64,000 nt of DNA from an uncultured Acidobacteriota bacterium (GTDB lineage Bacteria > Acidobacteriota > Polarisedimenticolia > JACPZX01): NCBI GenBank assembly GCA_964568735.1, contig CAZMRF010000007.1, forward strand, positions 15,517 through 79,516, in the 5' to 3' direction. Each line of letters starts with the position of its first letter. The first letter of the stretch is position 1. A program made the position numbers and the translations under genes. The notes beneath the pieces are model-generated. The model searched no databases. It was not told the DNA's origin and saw only the letters and a list, made by a program, of their open reading frames with translations. Below, piece after piece: positions 27,314 to 35,724 of this stretch.

Positions 27314-29161
27314 GTGCCGTGCGGAGCAAGGACGCCCATCTTCCCCGCCAGCCCCGAGACCCGTCGCCCCGCGAGCGCTCCGAGCCTGCGCCCCCATCTC
27401 CTCGTCCTGGCTCTCTACCTCGCGTGGTTCCTGCTCCTCTTCTCCCAGTTCCCGGCTTCGGGGCGGCTGCCCGGCAACATCGACACCTGGTACGCCATCG
27501 CCTTCACGAACAGCTACCTGAACGAGGTCCGTGAGGCCTTCGGCATCGAGAGCTACGGGAGCTTCCTCTATCCCGTCGAGCATCCGCACTCCTACGGCGA
27601 AAGCTCGATCGGCCTCGCGATCGTGCCGATGCTCCTGCGCGCGCTCGGCCTGGGAGACATCGCGGCCTACTACCTCTTCCTCTCCCTCGTCTTCACGGGG
27701 ACGGCCTTCTCGGCCTATCTCGTCGCCACGCTCTACCTTCCCCGGCGCGCTCCTGCCGTGCTCGCCGGCTTCGTGGCGGCGTCGTCGAACTTCATGCTCT
27801 CCACGATCGACAGCCCGCACACCACCTTCTTCGGGATCGCCTTCCTTGCGTTCTATTTTTTCAAGCTCTGGCTCGACTCGGGACGACGCCGTCACCTCTG
27901 CGCCTCGGCGATCCTCGCGGGGATCCAGACATGGTTCTCGGCCTACGTCTTCCTCCTCCTGGGCGTCGCGCTCGCGGTCCTCGTCGCGGCCAACCTGCGC
28001 CAGATCGCGGGCCGGCCAGGCGGGCTTCGAGGCATCGCGCTGCACGTGGCGATGACGGCTGCCCTCGCTTCGCCCTTCTTCGCCTGGTACTTCAGCCACC
28101 TCCAGGGCTTCTACGACTGGCGCTCGCAGGCGGTGCTCTTCGCCGAGTTCAACAGCCTCGACGTGCAGGACTTCTTCAATCCCATGCCAGGCAACCTGAT
28201 CTACCCGGAGGGGCACCGCTTCGACCACGAGGATGCCGTGGCACTCCAGGCGCGCCTGGGCCGAAGTGATCCCTTCTTCTCCACCGAGGAGTTCCAGCTC
28301 CTGATCGGGGCAGCCCCCGAGGCGGGCGAGGAGTCGATGTGGGTCGCTTCGCGGCGACGCGCCTTCATCGGAGTCACCCCGCTCCTCCTGGCATTGCTCG
28401 GAGCCTGGGGGCGCGAACCGGGGAGGCGCGAGCTCCTGGCGCTCCTCGCCGTGGCTGTGGTCCTGGCCCTCGGGCCCGTCGACGTCTTCGGAGGCAGAGT
28501 CGTCCCGATGCCTCTCTACCTGCTCTACGAGCACGTCCCTCTCTTTCACATGTTCCGCATTCCGGGCCGGGCCTTCGCCCTGGGGCTCCTCGCCCTCGGG
28601 GTCCTCGCCGCGCGAGGCCTCGATGGCCTCGTGGAGAAGCTGGCGCCTTCCGCACGCGGGGCTCTCCTCGCGGCCTCGATCGCTTCGTGTCTCGTGGTCC
28701 TCGCCGAGAACGTCCCCGTTCCCATGCGTTCCTTCGAGGCCGCCCGGTGGGCGGAGCCGCCGGCGGAGCTGGTGAGCTTCTTCTCATCGCGGCCGGAGGC
28801 CGTTATCCTCGACCTCCCGAGCGGCATCGGCTACGGCCTCGCGGGGTCGGCGAAGGATCTCAATGTCTTCAACCGTGAGCTCATCTACATGAACTGGCAG
28901 ACCAGGCACGGGGCGACCATCGTGAACGGCGTGAACGGCTACATCCCGGACGAGCGGATAGCGATCCAGAAGCTGATCTCCCGGCTGCCGGCGCCCGAGG
29001 CGGTCGAGGGGCTGGCCCTGACGGGGGTGACGCACATCGTCTTCCACGAAGATCTCGCCCTGCCGGGAGAGGAGCGGCTGCTCCCGGCCCTGCGGAGCTC
29101 TCCCCGCCTCGAGCCTCTCGTCGACTCCGAGGGGACGGTCATCTTCCGGATTCGTTCTTGA
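27314..29161 (+). CDS. Large polytopic membrane protein with C-terminal soluble domain (GT-C-like by topology), paralog A
   Basis: 615 aa, about 10+ hydrophobic helices. Conserved first-loop motif PGNIDTW. C-terminal ..LAENVPVPMRSF..NRELIYMNWQTRHGATIVNGVNGYIP... GTG start; the true start is uncertain. Confidence 0.7.
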   Translation: MPCGARTPIFPASPETRRPASAPSLRPHLLVLALYLAWFLLLFSQFPASGRLPGNIDTWYAIAFTNSYLNEVREAFGIESYGSFLYPVEHPHSYGESSIGLAIVPMLLRALGLGDIAAYYLFLSLVFTGTAFSAYLVATLYLPRRAPAVLAGFVAASSNFMLSTIDSPHTTFFGIAFLAFYFFKLWLDSGRRRHLCASAILAGIQTWFSAYVFLLLGVALAVLVAANLRQIAGRPGGLRGIALHVAMTAALASPFFAWYFSHLQGFYDWRSQAVLFAEFNSLDVQDFFNPMPGNLIYPEGHRFDHEDAVALQARLGRSDPFFSTEEFQLLIGAAPEAGEESMWVASRRRAFIGVTPLLLALLGAWGREPGRRELLALLAVAVVLALGPVDVFGGRVVPMPLYLLYEHVPLFHMFRIPGRAFALGLLALGVLAARGLDGLVEKLAPSARGALLAASIASCLVVLAENVPVPMRSFEAARWAEPPAELVSFFSSRPEAVILDLPSGIGYGLAGSAKDLNVFNRELIYMNWQTRHGATIVNGVNGYIPDERIAIQKLISRLPAPEAVEGLALTGVTHIVFHEDLALPGEERLLPALRSSPRLEPLVDSEGTVIFRIRS

Positions 29162-29264
29162 GCAGTACGGACGCAGCGGGAGATGCGGGGCTGCTACGCG
29201 TGCGTCGGGTGCGAGGCCCGGCTGGATGCATCGGACGCCGCACGACGACCGACGGTAACCGCTT

Positions 29265-31199
29265 GTGACCGAGAGCGACGTTCAGGCCGTGCGCTCGCCG
29301 CGTCTTGCCCTCTGGATAGGCGCAGCCTACGCGCTTTTCTTCTCACTTCTCTTTCTGCAATTCCCTCTCGCGGGCGCCCTCCCCGGGAACTGCGACACGT
29401 GGCTCAACGGGCTGGCCATCCCCAACACGATCCTGAGCCGCGCGCTCGCGGGATTCGATGTCGGGAAGGCCGGGACCTTCTTCTATCCCGAGAGCGCCGT
29501 CTTCGGCTTCGGCGAGTCCGCCTTCGGCACGTCGTCGATCTTCGTGCTCTTCAAGCTGATCGCCCGGAACGACGTGACGGCCTACTACCTCTTCATCGTG
29601 GCGATCTTCACGCTCAACGCGCTCGGGGCCTTCCTGCTCGCCGGCTTCTGGATGCGGGACCGCTTCGCGGCAGCCTTCACGGGGCTCGCCTTCGCGGCCT
29701 CGAACTACACGCTGGGCAACATCGACAGCCCGCACTCCAGCTTCTTCCTGATCGCCTTGCTCGCCCTCTTCTTCCTCGAGAGGCACCTGGCGACCGGGGA
29801 GCGCCGCGCCCTCCTTCTCGCGGGGCTCCTGGGGGGCGCGCAAGTCTGGTTCTCCGCCTACGTATTCCTCTTCATGGGGGGCGCGGCGGCGCTCTTGATC
29901 GTCTGGCACCTCTTGCGCCACGGTCGCGGTGCTTGCTTCGATGCGCGCGCGCTCGTGACCAGCTCCCTCGTTTTCTTCCTCTGCGCAGCCCCATTCTTCG
30001 TCTTCTACAGCCAGGCGCGGCGCAACCCCAACTTCACCAACCCGTGGAACAGCCTCTTCCTGGCAGAGGTGCACAGCCTCGAGCCCTCGGATCTCTTCCG
30101 GACTCTCGAGAACAACCTCCTCTATCCCTTCGACAGAAAGGTCGTCACGGAGGACCTCGCGCGCCGGACGAGATGGATGATGGAGCAGGGCGTCCTCGTG
30201 CCGGAGAGCCTCACGAGCGGCGATGCCGGGATCGTGATGGGGACGCTCTCGAGCCCGGACGACGTCAAGTACTTCGTCTACACGCGCCGGTGCGCCTTCC
30301 TCGGCTTCGTTCTGTACGCTCTCGCCGCCGCGGGCATCGCGACGGCGCGCCGGTGGGAGCTGGTCCTGCTCTTCGCGGTCTCGCTTCTCGTCTCGTTCGG
30401 CCCCTTCATCGAGATCGGGGGCACGCTCATTCCGGGTGCGACCTGGCCCGTCTACAGGTGGCTCGACGCGTCGGGGCTGCTGCGGGTGCCCAGCCGGGCC
30501 TTCGCCTTCGCCCTCCTCGCCGCGGCGCTGGCGGCCGGAGCGGGCCTCGAGTGGATCGCATCGGCGCGCGCGTTCCATGGCTGGTGGCGCCGAGCCGCGC
30601 TCTACGCCCTGGCGAGCCTCGCCCTCCTGGCCGAAAACGTGCCGATGCCGTTGAAGTCCTTCGCCGGAGCGAAGCTCGCGACGCCGGAGCCGGTCGTCCG
30701 CGACTTCTTCGCGGGCAAGCGGGGCCTCGTCCTCCTCGATCTGCCGAGCCGACCCGGAGGTGCCCTCTACGGTGACAGCGGGGACCTCTTCGAGTGGAAC
30801 CGCGAGCTGATCTACATGAACCGGCAGACCTACCACCAGCAGAACATCCTCAACGGCGTGCACGGCTACTTTCCGGCGAGCCGCTTGCGCATGCAGGAGC
30901 TGATCAACGCCCTGCCCGCCTCCGAGGCGCTCGCGGCGCTGAGAGGGGCCGGAGTCGACCACCTCGTCTACCATCACGCCCTCGAGCTGCCCTGGGATAC
31001 AGGGCTCTTCGAGGCCATCTCGTCTGCACCCACACTCCGTATCGAGGCCTCCTCACGCGAGGCGACGATCTTTGGCTGGCGGGAAGCCAAGCCAGCAGGA
31101 ATGGCTCGCGCCCGACCCCCACGAGGAGGCGCCACGGCCTGTGCGATCCCGGCGGCCGGCGTTGCTCCGCGGTCCCGGAAAGCGGGGCACCTCCCATGA
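29265..31199 (+). CDS. Large polytopic membrane protein (GT-C-like by topology), paralog B
   Basis: 644 aa, collinear with paralog A (PGNCDTW; FGESAFGTS vs YGESSIGLA; LAENVPMPLKSF; NRELIYMNRQTYHQQNILNGVHGYFP). Its stop overlaps the next start (ATGA at 31196-31199). Confidence 0.75.
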   Translation: MTESDVQAVRSPRLALWIGAAYALFFSLLFLQFPLAGALPGNCDTWLNGLAIPNTILSRALAGFDVGKAGTFFYPESAVFGFGESAFGTSSIFVLFKLIARNDVTAYYLFIVAIFTLNALGAFLLAGFWMRDRFAAAFTGLAFAASNYTLGNIDSPHSSFFLIALLALFFLERHLATGERRALLLAGLLGGAQVWFSAYVFLFMGGAAALLIVWHLLRHGRGACFDARALVTSSLVFFLCAAPFFVFYSQARRNPNFTNPWNSLFLAEVHSLEPSDLFRTLENNLLYPFDRKVVTEDLARRTRWMMEQGVLVPESLTSGDAGIVMGTLSSPDDVKYFVYTRRCAFLGFVLYALAAAGIATARRWELVLLFAVSLLVSFGPFIEIGGTLIPGATWPVYRWLDASGLLRVPSRAFAFALLAAALAAGAGLEWIASARAFHGWWRRAALYALASLALLAENVPMPLKSFAGAKLATPEPVVRDFFAGKRGLVLLDLPSRPGGALYGDSGDLFEWNRELIYMNRQTYHQQNILNGVHGYFPASRLRMQELINALPASEALAALRGAGVDHLVYHHALELPWDTGLFEAISSAPTLRIEASSREATIFGWREAKPAGMARARPPRGGATACAIPAAGVAPRSRKAGHLP

Positions 31200-32041
31200 G
31201 CCAGATCCGGACCGCGCTCTTCCACCTGAGGCTCTACGAGAGCGGACAGATCCTGGCCCCGGGGCTCTTCGGCATCCTGACCCAGACGCGCCTCCCCTCC
31301 TGGCCGATCCTGATCGCGTACCTGATCGCCTACGCGAGCCACGTCCTTTCGGTCTACTCCTACAACGACTACTGCGACTGGGAAGGCGACTCGCTGAATC
31401 CCCGCAAGACGGAGAGAAGGACGCGGAGCCGGGTGTGGCTGCGGAATCAGACCTTGATACTCACCGTGCTCTTCCTGGCGTCAGTGGTTTTCCTGCCGCA
31501 GGGAGTCATCTCCCTGCTCCTCCTGAGCCAGGTCGTGTGCATGGCCTACTCGGACCCGCGGGTCCGTCTCAAGGGGCTCCTCTTCGGGAGCGAGGCCGCC
31601 CACTTCCTTGTCGGCTACTGCTACTTCATGTCCGGCGTGATCGTCGCGGGTGGGGCCACAGGCCCGAACCTCCTGGGCGGGCTGCTCTTCGGCCTCCTCT
31701 ATGTCTCGGGGGGGACCTTCAACGAGATCATGGACAGTGATCACGATCGAAGGACGAATCTGAAGCACCTGGTCGTCATCGCGGGGAGAGGGCCGATACT
31801 CCGGCTCATCCTGGTGATCCACACGGTCGCCTTCGCCCTCGTGGCGCTCTACGAGCCCACGCCCCTCGTCCTCGCCGCCTGCGCCGTAGGCTTCCTCGCC
31901 TATGCCGCATCCGCGAGGCACCCCTCCCGGATGGAGAGGGATCCCGCCGCGCTGCTCCGTTTCCGGCGGCGCTACCGAATCATCTTCGTCGCTCTTCTCA
32001 TCATCCTCTCAGTCTCCGTCTCGGGACGCCTGGCACTGTGA
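31196..32041 (+). CDS. UbiA-superfamily prenyltransferase / polyprenyl-phosphate phosphoribosyltransferase-like
   Basis: Real start MSQIRTALFHL at ATG 31196; the track start at 30794 lies inside the upstream gene. About 8 TM helices. First Asp-rich motif YNDYCDWEGDSLNPRK (NDxxDxxxD), second IMDSDHDRR. Confidence 0.8.
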   Translation: MSQIRTALFHLRLYESGQILAPGLFGILTQTRLPSWPILIAYLIAYASHVLSVYSYNDYCDWEGDSLNPRKTERRTRSRVWLRNQTLILTVLFLASVVFLPQGVISLLLLSQVVCMAYSDPRVRLKGLLFGSEAAHFLVGYCYFMSGVIVAGGATGPNLLGGLLFGLLYVSGGTFNEIMDSDHDRRTNLKHLVVIAGRGPILRLILVIHTVAFALVALYEPTPLVLAACAVGFLAYAASARHPSRMERDPAALLRFRRRYRIIFVALLIILSVSVSGRLAL

Positions 32042-32117
32042 GTGAAGGTCGACTCTCATCTACAGCGGTTTCCAGTCGAAGTCTCTCGCCTCGGGAAACG
32101 AGATTGATGGCGCATCC

Positions 32118-33935
32118 ATGACGATCGGCAACGCCCCTGAGGAGGTTCGCCGGATCCGCAGGAGCCGGGCGGCGCTCTTCGTCCTGTTCCTGCTGTGGCC
32201 GATCGCTCTCGTGGACGTCAGCGGCCCCTCGATGGCCGATTCGACCCTGCTCGCCGCGATCCGCCTGGTGGATGCGGGGACGTGGACCCTCACGGATCAG
32301 GCCGACCCCGAAACCGTCTTCCGTACGACGGCCTTCGACATCAGCACGCACGACGGGCGCATCTACTCCGGGGTCGGTCCGGGAGCCAGCGTGATCGCCG
32401 CGCTCTGGTATGTGGCTCTCAAGCCGGCCTTCGCCCTCTTCGGCGACGACGTGGTGCGGAACGATCGTGTCCTGACCTACTACCTCCCCAACGCGCGGGC
32501 GCTGGGAGTCGAGCCGCCGGGTCACTTCAAGAAGATGTACCTGCTGCAGATCGCCCTCGTGTGGAGCCTGATGGCTCCGCTCTTCGCGTGGTACCTCGTA
32601 CGCCTCCACGCCCACCTTGGAGCCCGCGGGGTCCCACCGGCCCAGGCGACCCTCACCGTAGTCGCCCTCGGCTTCGGAACGATGCTCCTCTATTACTCCT
32701 CGATGTACTCCCGGCAGGGGCTCGCCGCCCTGCTGGCATGGCACGCCCTGCTGAGTCTGCTGGGCATCACGGGAGGCGGCGGGATCAAGCTCCGCGGAGG
32801 CGGAGCCGAGTTAGGAGCAGGAGTCGCGGTTGACGGCGAAAGCCACGTGCACCGAGGCGAAGGCATCGCAGGAGCGAGAGTCGATGGCAGTGCCGGAGCG
32901 GCTCCCCGTGGCATGACGCTCGTGATCGCAGGGACACTTTGTGGCGCAGCGGTGGCCATCGATTACCCGCTGGTGATCCTCGTCGGGATCTCGCTGCTCT
33001 TCCTCCTGCCTCGACTCGACGGACCCGGCCGCCTGCGTGTCGTTCTTCCCGCCGCTGTCGTGCTCCTTCTGACCGGCCTCTACCACCAGTCCGCCTTCGG
33101 CTCGTTCTTTTCCACCCCCTATCACCATCGCTTCTGGTTTACGCACGATCTGCTGGCCGGAATGGGAGTGGATCTCAGCGCCTTCCAGGAAGGGCCTTTG
33201 CTGGGAATCGGCCTGCCGAGCCCCGCCGTCATCCTCCAGCTCTGCTTCGGCCTCTACAAGGGGCTCTTCGTCTACAGCCCCATTCTCCTCGTCGCGCTCG
33301 TCGGCCACTTCGAGGCGCTGCGCCTGCGCCGCACTTCCGGGCAGGCCCAAGGAAGAGTCAGACGTGACGACGTTGGCGCTGAGTCTGGTGACTTGCCCGA
33401 TCAGCGATCCGCAGGCGCAGCGGTGCTTACGGGTTCGATCGGTGCCCCCCGCTCCCGCGGGGATGCAAGGCTCCACGTCATGAGCCTCGTGATCTTCGGG
33501 GCCTACCTCCTTTTCAATGCCTCCCTTGGCTCCGGCCTGGGCGAGCACGCTCACCATTACTGGGGCGGACTGAGCGGCCTCTGGGGGCCTCGCTACCTGC
33601 TCGTGACTCTCCCCTTCCTGGCTCTTGGTCTGGCCGGACTCGACTGGAGCCGGCGAGCCGTGAGGCTCGCGTGTTTCATTGCCCTCGCCCTCTCGTGCGT
33701 CTTCAACATCCTCGGCGCGATCTTCGCCCGGTCGCTCATGTCGAGCTTCGCATTCGGCTCCGAGCTGCGCTTCCCGCCGGGACACGTGCTGCAGCTGCTC
33801 TTCACCGAGGGGCCGAGGATCACAATCCTCGACGCCTACGGAGCACCGCTGCCCACCCAGGTCCTGCTCCTCGTCACCCTGCTCACCGTTTCGGCATTCC
33901 TCCTGCGTACGAGCCTGAAACCGCCAATGAACTGA
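32118..33935 (+). CDS. Large polytopic membrane protein with Gly/Arg-rich loops (possible GT-C-type glycosyltransferase)
   Basis: 605 aa with many hydrophobic helices (..ALFVLFLLWPIALV.., ..MYLLQIALVWSLMAPLFAWYLV.., ..LFVYSPILLVALVGHF.., ..RYLLVTLPFLALGLAGL..) and two low-complexity loops. Same strand as, and 76 nt after, the UbiA gene. Confidence 0.65.
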   Translation: MTIGNAPEEVRRIRRSRAALFVLFLLWPIALVDVSGPSMADSTLLAAIRLVDAGTWTLTDQADPETVFRTTAFDISTHDGRIYSGVGPGASVIAALWYVALKPAFALFGDDVVRNDRVLTYYLPNARALGVEPPGHFKKMYLLQIALVWSLMAPLFAWYLVRLHAHLGARGVPPAQATLTVVALGFGTMLLYYSSMYSRQGLAALLAWHALLSLLGITGGGGIKLRGGGAELGAGVAVDGESHVHRGEGIAGARVDGSAGAAPRGMTLVIAGTLCGAAVAIDYPLVILVGISLLFLLPRLDGPGRLRVVLPAAVVLLLTGLYHQSAFGSFFSTPYHHRFWFTHDLLAGMGVDLSAFQEGPLLGIGLPSPAVILQLCFGLYKGLFVYSPILLVALVGHFEALRLRRTSGQAQGRVRRDDVGAESGDLPDQRSAGAAVLTGSIGAPRSRGDARLHVMSLVIFGAYLLFNASLGSGLGEHAHHYWGGLSGLWGPRYLLVTLPFLALGLAGLDWSRRAVRLACFIALALSCVFNILGAIFARSLMSSFAFGSELRFPPGHVLQLLFTEGPRITILDAYGAPLPTQVLLLVTLLTVSAFLLRTSLKPPMN

Positions 33936-33944
33936 CTCAGGCTG

Positions 33945-34265
33945 TCACAAGCGCCGCCGCGAGGCTCGTCTCTGTTTCCAACTCCCCCGGCGGAGCTTGA
34001 ACCCACCGCGGTTCTTGTAGACAGTGAGGACCGCATCGCCGTCGGGAGCGACGATCACGTGTATCCCCTTCACAGCTTCGAGGCTTGGATCCCGAGGCGA
34101 GCCGCGAGAGGCTCTTGTCCTGAGTACGACGAAGTGTCGGGCACCCCGCTCACGGATCATTTTTCCATGACGAAGGACGGCTTCGATTTCTGGCTCGGAG
34201 ATGCGCCGTCGGCACATTCGCTCGCGCGCATGGCCGGAGAATCTGAAGGACCGCGTGTTCCTCAT
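33945..34265 (-). CDS. DUF4258-like putative toxin
   Basis: 106 aa. ..FSGHARERMCRRRISEPEIEAVLRHGKMI.. matches the H-A-x-x-R-M-x-x-R-x-I signature of DUF4258 as I recall it. Lies in the lower-GC islet downstream of an RHH protein. Confidence 0.6.
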   Translation of the reverse strand: MRNTRSFRFSGHARERMCRRRISEPEIEAVLRHGKMIRERGARHFVVLRTRASRGSPRDPSLEAVKGIHVIVAPDGDAVLTVYKNRGGFKLRRGSWKQRRASRRRL

Positions 34266-34371
34266 CGCTTCACCTCGAGTTCGCTCCGTGATCCATGGGG
34301 CTCACAAATTCGGGCCTCGCACGCTCGCGAGACCGGTATGGATAAGAGAGTTGATGCATGTCATTGCTGCC

Positions 34372-34890
34372 TCAGGAGCTCGGATCCACTGGCTTAGGAA
34401 GATCGGCTCGGTCAGGTGCGAGGCGAGACTCGCAGGCTTCTACGATCAGATTCAGGAAGTCGCTTCCACCAAGCCTGGCCGCCGAGCGGAATGTCTCGAG
34501 CTCCTCAGCCGACAGCTCGGCGGTGTACGCCTCGGCGGGGTATGTGTCGTTGTCGGCAGCAAACTGATCCGCGAACTGCTCGAATGTGAGGTCCTCCAGA
34601 CCACTGTCCTCGTGGGGAATCCGCACCCCGATCTCGACCTTCACGAGCTGCCTGGCGATCCGTTGCGCCAACCCGCTGAAATCGAACTTGGTTCGGGTGG
34701 CTGTATTGATGATGTGAGCTGACTTTTCGAGCGCGGCGATGCGGATGAGGTTGGATGGTGTCCAGCCTTTTAGGTCGGCAGCCTTCACGACGCGCTCGCG
34801 CTGCTCCTCGGTCAGCCTCGTGCTGAAGGTGACAGTTTCACCTTCGGGTTTGGGCTCAATCGTCTGTCGGGACCTCTTTCTCCTGGGCAT
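34372..34890 (-). CDS. RHH-type DNA-binding protein with long acidic C-terminal extension (putative antitoxin)
   Basis: 172 aa. ..VTFSTRLTEEQRERVVKAADLKGWTPSNLIRIAALEKS.. has the CopG/DUF1778-like ribbon-helix-helix pattern. About 100 extra C-terminal residues are rich in D/E. Sigma70-like promoter and palindrome lie upstream. Confidence 0.6.
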   Translation of the reverse strand: MPRRKRSRQTIEPKPEGETVTFSTRLTEEQRERVVKAADLKGWTPSNLIRIAALEKSAHIINTATRTKFDFSGLAQRIARQLVKVEIGVRIPHEDSGLEDLTFEQFADQFAADNDTYPAEAYTAELSAEELETFRSAARLGGSDFLNLIVEACESRLAPDRADLPKPVDPSS

Positions 34891-34935
34891 CTGGGGTCTC
34901 CCTGCGTTTCGGTGTCAGGTTCAGTGCAATGTTTA

Positions 34936-34961
34936 CTATTGAAAGCACTACTTGTCAATAG
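34936..34961. promoter_or_regulatory. Inverted repeat (candidate operator) overlapping a TTGACA box upstream of the RHH gene
   Basis: CTATTGA (34936-34942) and TCAATAG (34955-34961) are 7-bp arms 12 nt apart. On the minus strand TTGACA (complement of 34953-34958) is followed 17 nt later by TAAACA. Confidence 0.35.
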
Positions 34962-35078
34962 AAATCCTTGCATTCGTCCGCCTCTTCCGCGTTAGGGCCA
35001 CTAGTCCTTTTTAATGAATACTTTACGGGTGGCCTTCTAGGCTCTTCGGTTCCCAGGGGCACTCGACTAGCGCCTTGT

Positions 35079-35107
35079 TTGACCATCAAGTGGAAACGTT
35101 GTACTAT
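35079..35107 (+). promoter_or_regulatory. Sigma70-like promoter for abiEi-abiEii
   Basis: TTGACC (35079-35084), 17 nt, then TACTAT (35102-35107), about 38 nt upstream of the abiEi ATG, in an AT-rich intergenic stretch. Confidence 0.5.
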
Positions 35108-35145
35108 TTATCCTGAACATTTAGTACCATGGAGATGCGTCATCG

Positions 35146-35724
35146 ATGCCCCCTCCCAGCCGACCCACTCTCGAGCCCGGCAAGGTCTACCGGACGAGCG
35201 ACCTCGCAGCCTGGGGCCGAAACCCGTCCAGGCTCGCGAAGCGTCTCGAGCGTGAAGGGGTCCTCGTCCGACTGGCACACGGGGTCTTCTTGCATCCGCG
35301 ACAGAGTCGCTTCGGCTCGGTGCCGCCTGACGACGATTCTCTGATGCGCTCGTTCCTGGGCGGAGCGCCATTCGTGATGACAGGCCCGGAGCGCTGGAAC
35401 CCGCTCGGACTCGGATCGACTGCAGTCTTCCCTGCTCGGCTGGTTTACAACACGAAGCGCTCGGGAGAATTCACCCTGGGCGGGCGGCGGTTCATCCTGC
35501 GCCGCGTGAGCTTCCCTGAGAACCCCACACCCGAGTGGTCAGTGGTGGACCTCCTCGAGCACTCCGACGTGGCCGGAGTGTCGAGGGCGGACCTTGAGGC
35601 GAACCTGGCGCGAGCCATCGCCACACGCCGCTTCACCAGCGAGGCACTCCAGCAGGCTGCTCGGCAATACGGGACGCGGAAAACGCGGGATTTGATCGAT
35701 CGCGCAGCGGAGAAGGCTGCTTGA
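35146..35724 (+). CDS. abiEi: AbiEi-family antitoxin/transcriptional regulator (type IV TA)
   Basis: 192 aa. N-terminal wHTH-like ..GKVYRTSDLAAWGRNPSRLAKRLEREGVLVRLAHGVFLHP... TTGA overlap with the downstream AbiEii gene. Confidence 0.7.
   Translation: MPPPSRPTLEPGKVYRTSDLAAWGRNPSRLAKRLEREGVLVRLAHGVFLHPRQSRFGSVPPDDDSLMRSFLGGAPFVMTGPERWNPLGLGSTAVFPARLVYNTKRSGEFTLGGRRFILRRVSFPENPTPEWSVVDLLEHSDVAGVSRADLEANLARAIATRRFTSEALQQAARQYGTRKTRDLIDRAAEKAA

Noticed and set aside
27233-30977. Minus-strand ORFs 27233..28549 (438 aa) and 29343..30977 (544 aa); plus-strand 29183..30775 (530 aa)
   Set aside because: They are antisense or off-frame shadows of the two polytopic paralogs. Only the chosen frames give coherent hydrophobic helices that are conserved between the paralogs.
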